A stretch of 63,989 nucleotides of DNA, the filler included, from Stramenopiles sp. TOSAG23-6 (Eukaryota): assembly GCA_900128565.1 (NCBI GenBank). It is 3 parts of 3 records of this genome, joined end to end, with 100 filler letters (N's around TTAATTAATTAA, not from the genome) between each part and the next. Parts side by side here need not be neighbours in the genome. Positions count along the whole stretch, not along the records: positions 48,463 to 63,989 come from LT636112.1; 2 more parts are not named here. One strand, written 5' to 3'. The notes below the pieces were generated by a model, which did no database searches, was not told where the DNA came from, and saw nothing but the letters and a program-made list of their open reading frames with translations. The position numbers were made by a program, and so were the translations under genes. Below, in pieces: positions 56,163-63,989 of this stretch (within the stretch, counting starts at the first letter, position 1; every line of letters starts with the position of its first letter).

Positions 56163-56400
56163 TATTTATATAAACAACATTGATATCACATTTCTTTTCA
56201 TTGACTCTGTTTAGTTTTGTTCGATACTTAGTATAGTTAGTACACCACATTTTAACTTACAGTTTTTTTCAGTTACGAGATGTTACCCGGTACCAACGAA
56301 GTTATATTATTATTCATTATCATTCATTATTATTATCCCACAAAACTTTGAGTTCGATCATCATCAATAATCGAGGCTTACAGTCTTCCAACAAATTTGT

Positions 56401-57477
56401 GTGTACTATTGTTGCACAATTACAAAGTACTATAGCATGATTATGTTTCAATGTCATAAGCCGTGTAGGTATCTCATTAGTAGTAGATCTATTGAACGTT
56501 CCAAGATTTCATTTCACGTATTGTATAGATCACTGTCTATGTATAGATCACTGTCTACAAAAAAAGGACGGGAAGTTCCAGAAGAAACATTTGGCTTAGT
56601 AGGAAATGAAACTAGTGAAAATTGGAAGCTACGAATACGGAACCACGATATGAATATCAACCAAAGTGATTACAACAAACTTCCTAAAACACCAATTTCA
56701 CTTCTATTAGATAATTTACGATCTGCTTTTAATGTTGGATCTATTTTTCGTACTGCTGATACAGCGAGGCTTCGTGAAGTTATTACCACAGGTTTCACTT
56801 GTCACCCTCCACATAATAAATTAGAAAAGACAGCTCTTGGCACTGCCGATGTTGTTCCACACAGACATTTTGATAAGACGTGTACTGCTGTAAAAAAATT
56901 ACAAAGTGAAGGAATATTTTGTATGGCTTTGGAAACTACATCTTCTAGTATAGATTATTGTAGTATTGACTACACAAAATATACTAATAGTAATAGTAGT
57001 GAAGTAGTCCTAGATAAAACGAATTGTTTTGAGAAAGATTCCAACCCTAACCCTAACCCTAACCCTAATTCCACTCAATACAATGGCATTGCTTTAATTG
57101 TAGGCAATGAAGTCAAAGGTGTTGACCCAGACGTTTTGAAAATTTGTGATAAAATAATAGAAATTCCAATGTTAGGATTCAAAAATTCTTTAAACGTTGC
57201 TTCATGTGTAAGTATAGTTACATTTGAGATACTTCGACAATTCCAACACAGTCAAAATTCAAATGAGATAAAGCACGATTTATCACCCGTTGCTCTTGTT
57301 GGAAAATGCGACTCAACAATTGATAGTAAGAATCTTGGAAAAGTAGTAAGTATACCATTTATGATAACTAAAGCAATGCGAGAGAAAATGTTTATTTTAG
57401 GTTATTCATCAAAAGAAATTAGTGCTTTGAAACCTTTAGAAGTTCATGATATTCTAAAAGCAAATGAAAAAAAATAA
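56401..57477 (+). CDS. SpoU/TrmH-family RNA 2'-O-methyltransferase (start probably ATG 56437)
   Basis: LLDNLRSAFNVGSIFRTAD, IVGNEVKGV, IEIPMLGFKNSLNVA. Confidence 0.9.
   Translation: MYYCCTITKYYSMIMFQCHKPCRYLISSRSIERSKISFHVLYRSLSMYRSLSTKKGREVPEETFGLVGNETSENWKLRIRNHDMNINQSDYNKLPKTPISLLLDNLRSAFNVGSIFRTADTARLREVITTGFTCHPPHNKLEKTALGTADVVPHRHFDKTCTAVKKLQSEGIFCMALETTSSSIDYCSIDYTKYTNSNSSEVVLDKTNCFEKDSNPNPNPNPNSTQYNGIALIVGNEVKGVDPDVLKICDKIIEIPMLGFKNSLNVASCVSIVTFEILRQFQHSQNSNEIKHDLSPVALVGKCDSTIDSKNLGKVVSIPFMITKAMREKMFILGYSSKEISALKPLEVHDILKANEKK
57043..57068 (+). repeat. Interstitial telomere-like (CCCTAA)4 within CDS, encoding NPNPNPN
   Basis: aaccctaaccctaaccctaaccctaa. Confidence 0.85.
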
Positions 57478-57491
57478 AATAAGATCAAAAA

Positions 57492-57977
57492 TTACTTTTT
57501 AAACATAACTTCACAATCATCCGCTACGTGACCAATAACACCACACTCTACACAGATTGTAACAGCCAGACGTTCTGGTACTTTTGGCTTTAATAGATTC
57601 GATACATACGCAGAAAGAACCCTAGTCTCATAACAAGTTCCAGAATATGGACCATATCTTGCATTTGTTTCAATATCTTGAGGGATCTCGTAGTGCATAC
57701 AGACTAACGAAAAGGCATTAAACTGGCTTGGACTTAATCTACGCACACGTTTGCGTTGATAATTTAGTTCTTTAAATAATGCTAATGTTGGAGCATTGAT
57801 AGAATCAGCTTTACAATCAGTTTTAGAATCTGTTGATTGAAAGCGTTTCTTATCGTTCTTTTTACATCTTTTGTCTTTATTTTCTTTGAAAGGAGTTACA
57901 TATGTGGACGTCGAAAGTTTCGTCGATGTCGACTTGTCTGCTTTCTTTTTCAGACTCCAACGTATTTTGGACGACAT
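57492..57977 (-). CDS. Small protein with a C-terminal CCHC zinc knuckle
   Basis: CVECGVIGHVADDC; YGPYSG..YETR is loosely POLD4-like. Confidence 0.65.
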   Translation of the reverse strand: MSSKIRWSLKKKADKSTSTKLSTSTYVTPFKENKDKRCKKNDKKRFQSTDSKTDCKADSINAPTLALFKELNYQRKRVRRLSPSQFNAFSLVCMHYEIPQDIETNARYGPYSGTCYETRVLSAYVSNLLKPKVPERLAVTICVECGVIGHVADDCEVMFKK

Positions 57978-58327
57978 AATATCTTCAGTCTCGTACTAGT
58001 TAGAGTACTACTAGTTAAGATCTTCACTCTAACTACTGTAGTTAAGATGGTCTGAAGATAAGTTAACTAGTCGTCTTTTTCCTCTTGGAAATATGAACGA
58101 TTCTGTGTGTTTTTTCGATAGAAACGTTCTTTGCGCCGATTGAAACTACTATAAAAGATACATCTTGTTATAATAATGCGTATTGTTATTGTGTTTGATG
58201 ACAAAATGTCCTTCTACTGTACTTAGCTATTGTAATTGTATAGAGAGGGTGAGAGAGCTTCGTTCGTGTGTGTAATAACAACAACGAAAAAAACGGACGT
58301 CAATTATTTAATTTTTGTTTATTTATT

Positions 58328-60592
58328 TTATTGCAATGGTTCCGAAAGAAAAAGTTTTGTTGTAACAACACCAGGTACCCAAGCAACAGATCCACTACTT
58401 AATGTAACAGATACAATCATATTATCAATATCAATATCTTTGATGGAGCACTCTTGTCCAACAGACCGTTGCCGTAAGCGACCACCTTCTGTTTCTTGAC
58501 CCCATGGCATTTCCACATCATAACTGCATTGAGAAATTTTAATACAAGCTTTTCTAAAACTATCAATACTTTTTGTGATCTCTACTATATCTCCTACTTG
58601 TAATTCAACACCTTTTGAATCCTTAACAGTAGCTCTGGTATTTGCATAATTTGTTGAAGGAACTTTTATCATACGAGTAAGACTCTGAAACATATTATTT
58701 TTTGTTTTTACTATTTTTTTTGTTTTTACTATTTTTTTTGTATTTTGTATATTTTTTGTATTTTTTGTACTATCTTCGTCCAATTCGCTCAGAAGGAAAG
58801 CTGTAAATGCATCATTAGGCTTTATCTCATTATCATCAGGGCGTGATTTACTAATTTCAGAAATATTCATTGCATCTTTTTTTGTCGAACTTTCATTTTG
58901 TTTTCTATTTTGCTGCAGCTTTTTTAAAGGAGAATTTACAACATTATTATTTGTACTATCATTATTACTTGTATCATCATTGATATTTGTACCATCATTA
59001 TTATTTGTATTATCATTATTATTTGTATTATCATTCATATTTGTATTATCATTATTACTTGTACCATCATTATTACTTGTACCATCATTATTACTTGTAC
59101 TATCATTGATATTTGTATTATCATTGATATTTGTACTATCATTATTACTTGTAGTACACAATATTGGTTGCCCAAACTCTTTAAATTCTTCATCAATTAA
59201 GTCTTGAATACTTTTTGTACTCCAACTACGAGGTTTTGTACCTTTTCCATCGACAATACTTGTATCGTTAATATTTGAACGGCTCGTGTGTTGCTCTAAT
59301 AAAATAGTACAAAAATCCGTAGGTAATGATGCCTTTGATGTTGATAAAGCCATGTCACGCCATAATGATGATTTTTCATTTTGGTAGATAAAACTATTAT
59401 GACCATTATTCGATACTTCACCACTTGAAGTGTTTTTAGTATTTTCATTATCTTCATTTTCAATATTCCTATCTAATACAGTACTTTTGATATGTTTTTC
59501 TTCCTCCTCTTCAAATGAGACACAAGAATCCATTTTACGTCTCTGTTCATCAGATAACTCACACGCGTTCAAAATCTCGGATGCTGAAATATTTGCCGCT
59601 AATACAGTTTGCGATTTATCTTTGATATTCTTATTAGTATCAGTCATTCTTTCTGTCTTATTAATTTTAGATTTTGTTGAGCTTGGTCGTTGAAAATCAC
59701 GAAATCGAAAAGAACTTGCAGCTGGCAGAGACTTTTTTTTCTTCAATTTACTTTTTTCTTGTATATTTTTATCGACTAATGAAAATATCTCATTTTTATT
59801 CTGTGTATCTTCTAAAATGACACTTTTCTGTATCACGTTATTATCTGAAGAAATATCATCTGAATCACTCATCGAAGTTGAACCGTCTGCAAGCCATGCA
59901 CACTTTTTTACGTGAGCTTCCTCAAAAAGTTTTTTAATCCTATATTGAAAACCATCATTGTTATCGACTTTACTAGCGATATCATACGAGCTTTCACCAT
60001 CATCATTTAGTATTAAATGATCAGCACCGTTATCTAAAAGAAGTTTCACAATATTGGATGATGTACGACGGAGGGCAGCATAATGTAATGCAGTTGTTCC
60101 ATTTTGTCCACGACAATTTACAGAAGCTCCATTTTGTATCAGTAGTTGAAGTATATCAAAATGACCTCGGAAACATGCCAAATGTAAAGGTGTATAATTG
60201 TCCTTATTCGTGACATTTACCGCAGCGTTGGCTTGTAAAAGAAAAGCGACAACTCCTTTGTGTCCATTTCTACTCGCGTAATGAAGACCTGTATTCATTG
60301 CACGTCCAGGTGTATTTACGTCCAAGGTCCATTTCTTTTTTGATGCCTTGCACCCAGTAGAATACTCATGTAATAACACCCTCACTATATCAAGATGACC
60401 ATGATAACATGCAACATGAAGAACCAAATTACTCGCACCACTGGACGACGTCGTTGGGTCTGCACCATTTGTGATGGCTAAACGAACCTTCGCAACATCA
60501 GCTTCATAAGCTCCATCTTCTAGATTCTGTTGCGGATTATTGCGAGGCGCAAGAATATTACCAAGCGTACTCTCATACAATGCTGCAAACAT
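58328..60592 (-). CDS. Ankyrin-repeat protein with an Asn-rich linker and a C-terminal Mib-type SH3-like repeat
   Basis: LHVACYHGH, LHYASRNGH, TPLHLACFRGH, TALHYAA; LQVGDIVEI...W...VGQ...I..ID....VSV.....VAWVP. Confidence 0.85.
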   Translation of the reverse strand: MFAALYESTLGNILAPRNNPQQNLEDGAYEADVAKVRLAITNGADPTTSSSGASNLVLHVACYHGHLDIVRVLLHEYSTGCKASKKKWTLDVNTPGRAMNTGLHYASRNGHKGVVAFLLQANAAVNVTNKDNYTPLHLACFRGHFDILQLLIQNGASVNCRGQNGTTALHYAALRRTSSNIVKLLLDNGADHLILNDDGESSYDIASKVDNNDGFQYRIKKLFEEAHVKKCAWLADGSTSMSDSDDISSDNNVIQKSVILEDTQNKNEIFSLVDKNIQEKSKLKKKKSLPAASSFRFRDFQRPSSTKSKINKTERMTDTNKNIKDKSQTVLAANISASEILNACELSDEQRRKMDSCVSFEEEEEKHIKSTVLDRNIENEDNENTKNTSSGEVSNNGHNSFIYQNEKSSLWRDMALSTSKASLPTDFCTILLEQHTSRSNINDTSIVDGKGTKPRSWSTKSIQDLIDEEFKEFGQPILCTTSNNDSTNINDNTNINDSTSNNDGTSNNDGTSNNDNTNMNDNTNNNDNTNNNDGTNINDDTSNNDSTNNNVVNSPLKKLQQNRKQNESSTKKDAMNISEISKSRPDDNEIKPNDAFTAFLLSELDEDSTKNTKNIQNTKKIVKTKKIVKTKNNMFQSLTRMIKVPSTNYANTRATVKDSKGVELQVGDIVEITKSIDSFRKACIKISQCSYDVEMPWGQETEGGRLRQRSVGQECSIKDIDIDNMIVSVTLSSGSVAWVPGVVTTKLFLSEPLQ
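58945..59152 (-). repeat. 18-bp coding tandem repeat (TNNNDS-type)
   Basis: ttgtactatcattattac variants, ~11 copies. Confidence 0.85.
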
Positions 60593-60779
60593 TTAAATTT
60601 TATAACATCACCATTCAATTTGATGATAAATAATAAGAGAGATTGTTCGATTTTAATATAATTTTTTTATTTTCCAAAACGCGAGACAATATTCCGAAAT
60701 AAGCCCTAACCCTAGTGCAGTGCTACTTATGCGATGATTTAAGCTAAAATATTTCCTATTTTTATTTTCTTTATTTTTT

Positions 60780-61454
60780 TTACTTTCCCACGTTATTCAT
60801 TCTCTTTGATGCAGCAGCATCACCCCACCAAGATAATTGATCAAGCATTGATTTAATAGTTTTTGCAGCTCCATCTTTGTGTTCACCTACCCATTCTCCA
60901 TTTTCAGAAATGCATTTGTTTGCGTCAGCAATTATGACTTGCTTTGAAACTGGGAGACAACCCAACTCACTCAAATACGGCCGAAGAGCAACTGCACACC
61001 TTGCACCACCACCTACAGTTGAAAATCCACTGTAGCAAACGCATCCAGAAACTTTGTTTGCATAGAGACTGCATCCAACTTGATTCATCACTGCCGTTAG
61101 TGCTGGAGGAATCGTATGGTTGTATTCTGGTGTAACAATTAAAAAACAATCTGCTGCTTTAACGAGGGTGACAAGTTTTGCGAGGTCATCTTGACCTGTC
61201 TTTGTTGCATCTTTGGCTGTATAATACGTCGGGTTTCCATTATTTGTATCAAGAGCCATGCAGCTGGGAAAATTAACTGGGTCAACAACTTCAATTTCTA
61301 GTTTTACGGAGGACGAGGAATTATGTTCATTTGTCATTCTCTTTACATACTGAAGTACGCGGTCACCAGTTCTAGATGGTAACATACCAAAGAAAGGTGG
61401 AGAACTTCGGCATGAACCAAGAAATACTACTGTTTTAAGAGTTCGAGTTGCCAT
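60780..61454 (-). CDS. NADPH-dependent FMN reductase (flavodoxin-like)
   Basis: VVFLGSCR, ADCFLIVTPEYNHTIPPAL, GGARC. Confidence 0.9.
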   Translation of the reverse strand: MATRTLKTVVFLGSCRSSPPFFGMLPSRTGDRVLQYVKRMTNEHNSSSSVKLEIEVVDPVNFPSCMALDTNNGNPTYYTAKDATKTGQDDLAKLVTLVKAADCFLIVTPEYNHTIPPALTAVMNQVGCSLYANKVSGCVCYSGFSTVGGGARCAVALRPYLSELGCLPVSKQVIIADANKCISENGEWVGEHKDGAAKTIKSMLDQLSWWGDAAASKRMNNVGK

Positions 61455-61710
61455 CTTGAAGTAGTTTTGAATCTCATGTGAACACAACGATTTTTTTTCC
61501 TGATGATGGATGGATTTGACTGATTTTGATTTAGATTGCGATTGATATATTATTCGAGTTTTGAGCAGTTTTGTGTTCTTAAAGGTTCAAGAAAAAATAT
61601 TCATGACAAAAGTAATTTGATTGGAAATAGGCTTTTTAAAAAGATGCAAATTGAATATATCAAAAAATCTTTTTTTTTTTTCAAAAACAATTTTGAAAAT
61701 TTTGTGTTTT

Positions 61711-62057
61711 TTATTCTGATTGTAAAAAAATGTTATATTGTTGTTGATATATATCATTATAAGCAGATGTGAAGGCTTCTTCAGAATATTCTAAATGTGA
61801 AATTTCAAAAGCTTTGTTTCCCATTTTTTTTGCTATTTTAGGATGAGATATCAACCATAACGTAGCAACCGCTAAATTATGTATAGGTGACAGAGGTTCA
61901 TCATCAACACTTCCACATGGTACTAATATTCCTGATTCTAAATGTCTAATTATATTTGGCATGTTTCCGATATTACAAGCAACAACAGGAATACCTAAAG
62001 ATTGTGCTTCAATTACAGTCATTCCAAATGTTTCACCAAACCTTGAGTTAATATTTA
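61711..62057 (-). CDS. Glycosyltransferase family 4 C-terminal exon (upstream exons unresolved)
   Basis: ETFGMTVIEAQSLGIPVVA...G....I.....GILV; possible TAG acceptor at 62058-62060. Confidence 0.6.
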
Positions 62058-62483
62058 CTATATATATATAAAGCATAAATTTATTTTTTGGTAAAGACGA
62101 CAAGCATAAAGTTTTTACTCAAGCATCATAAGGCAATGGCGAATTTTTTGATAGAGACGGTTTGTCGAGATGTTCTCCAAGTTCATTTACATTCAAACGT
62201 TTTTGTTGTTCTGGTGTGTATACACTCATTACCCATGAGCCCATATTTTTTTCTCCTAGCGGTTTCTCACTATAATGTCAGGATTATTTGGTTACAAAAA
62301 AATGAGAAATATGACATATTACAGTACGATGTATGAGTAGTATGGAATAGTTTTAAACTTACAAATTTTCATTCCATGTCCACTCAGGTCTATAATGTAG
62401 AAGGATTTTTTTGATGTAGTCGATGAGAAATACGAAACATGGAAATGCGAAGTACAAATAGTATGGGATACTCTCAAAACTTA

Positions 62484-62585
62484 CCCAGTCATTCCTATCG
62501 GCTCTTCAACAGTATTTTGTCCAACTCTGGCATCTGCAACACCAAGAACAGCTAAAGACAGCAGTGTAGCGAGTCTAAGTTTCAT
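62484..62585 (-). CDS. Possible first exon encoding a signal peptide
   Basis: MKLRLATLLSLAVLGVADA followed by a GTAAGT donor. Confidence 0.4.
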
Positions 62586-62833
62586 CTTTGTGGATTTCGG
62601 TTTCTTTTTCAGTTTTAGTTGTTGAGCAGTTGTTGTTGGTGAAGGAAGAAAGAAACTTCTTGGAGAAGAAATTTCAGAAATTTCGAGCAAAATTTAAAAA
62701 TGACGTCATCGTCATTTCGAACAGATTCTTCGTTCAAGGATGCTTCGTTCGTGTACTCCAGTAATAGGTAAAGGTTCATCATTTTCAATTTCAAATTACA
62801 TTTATAACCCTAAATGTACAATTGAATAGCAAA

Positions 62834-63989
62834 ATGCTTTTTATACTTGTACTATTTTGTTTATGCAATGCTGCTTTTGCGGACTCATTAGACACTCCCT
62901 CAGTTTCTTGTTCACCCTCTATTCAGTTTGAGAACCCAACAAACGGTGACATTTTTTTTCACGGTAAGGTTGAATTCAGAGTACACTTGACGTGTGACAC
63001 TAACACACGGCTATGTCTACTCATAGATAAGAACCCTGACATTATGAAAACATCTCCAGGTACAGGTGATTATTTTTGTTTAGACACAAAGGATAATTTT
63101 GAATTTTCTGGGTTAAATGTTGGAACGCACATGATTGATGCCATTCTATTACCAACAGAACCAACAGACCCAATAGAATACAGTGAAATAAACTCACCAA
63201 AACCAGTTGCATATGATGTTGTGACTTTTGATATTATACCTTTACCAGGAGGTGACTATTTTGATCCAGATCCTTCCAAAGTACCACCAAGATCTCTTAT
63301 TCAAGACAAACAACTTGATTCTTTGTTACTTATTCAAGACAAACAAAACCCTAACCCTGATTCTGTGTTACTACACGATAAAAAAAACTCAAAAACCTCA
63401 GATACAATTTCAATTGGACTTTTAAGTTTATCTGACTCCTTTGGTGGACAAGAACGGTTATTTCTTAATCAAGCAAAACTACTCCCTCTCATGTACGTTT
63501 TATTTTTTTCAATTTCGGATTTTTTTTTTGTTCGTAGGAAATTTCGTACCTAACAAAAAAATTCAAAAAAAAAATATTTTTTCACAATATCTTCATCAAA
63601 CAGAAGGTAAGAGTGAAAACCCTACTAACCCTCATAATAAAAATAGAAATCGTAAGCCAATATATGAAGTTGTATTCATCACTGCTCCAAAACTGGATGA
63701 AACATTATTAAGCAACTTTTCAACATCTGTACGTTTTTTACAGATGAATTTTAAATTTAAGATTTTTTTTCGTAGTAAATTTTGTACCTAACGATTTTTT
63801 TTTACCGAAAAAAAAAAATAAAATAAAAAAATATTTTTGTACAATGTAGAACGTTTCATGGGAAAAAGCTGTAATGGATCCACTATTTTGGACAGAGGAT
63901 AATTTTTTTTGGAATAATTCACATCATGAGTTACATGTATGTTTTATTTTTTTTCAAATTCGAATTTTTTTTTCGTACGAAATTTTGTA
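62834..63989 (+). CDS. Secreted/lumenal protein, probable GT4 glycosyltransferase N-terminal part; 3'-partial
   Basis: Signal peptide; Ig-like IQFENPTNGD..GLNVGTH; FGGQER motif; frame restored across family introns. Confidence 0.6.
63493..63592 (+). mobile_element. Introner-like intron, apparent GT-CT (100 nt)
   Basis: AT|GTACGT...CGTACCTAAC...CACAATATCT|T; end inferred from frame and the 15-nt spacing. Confidence 0.7.
63729..63849 (+). mobile_element. Introner-like intron, GT-AG member (121 nt)
   Basis: TCT|GTACGT...GTACCTAAC...ACAATGTAG|AAC. Confidence 0.8.
63937..63989 (+). mobile_element. 5' part of introner-like intron, truncated by window end
   Basis: CAT|GTATGT...CGTACGAAATTTTGTA. 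Confidence 0.85.

Noticed and set aside
1-63989. Alternative genetic code or stop readthrough as the reason for fragmented ORFs
   Set aside because: Long intronless genes translate normally with all three stops in use, and the ORF breaks coincide with the repeat copies.

Overview
AT-rich, gene-dense nuclear DNA of a unicellular eukaryote (standard code, TTAGGG-type telomeric motifs; gene content such as gamma-carbonic anhydrase, EDR2-C, IP3R and cyclin U is compatible with a heterotrophic protist, possibly a stramenopile, which I cannot verify). The window is three contigs joined by two artificial N-TTAATTAATTAA-N linkers (24308-24407, 48363-48462) and holds about 30 protein genes. The main discovery is a family of ~90-150 nt repeated elements (29 complete copies, 5 truncated at contig or window ends, 3 orphan remnants). 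The intragenic copies always lie in the sense orientation of their host gene and must be removed precisely to restore conserved reading frames (e.g. DBT, C1orf109-like, EDR2-C, TTL, TBC). They start with a normal donor (consensus GTAYGT) and usually carry a palindrome plus a branch-point-like TACCTAAC. By reading-frame reconstruction, 26 of 29 end in a non-AG dinucleotide (20 AT, 3 TT, 1 AC, 1 AA, 1 CT; only 3 AG). The junction usually lies exactly 15 nt after a conserved ATAT, and the last 2 nt often duplicate the last 2 nt of the upstream exon. This looks like a transposon-derived 'introner' family with position-defined, AG-independent 3' splice sites. Junctions are inferred from DNA only and need transcript confirmation.
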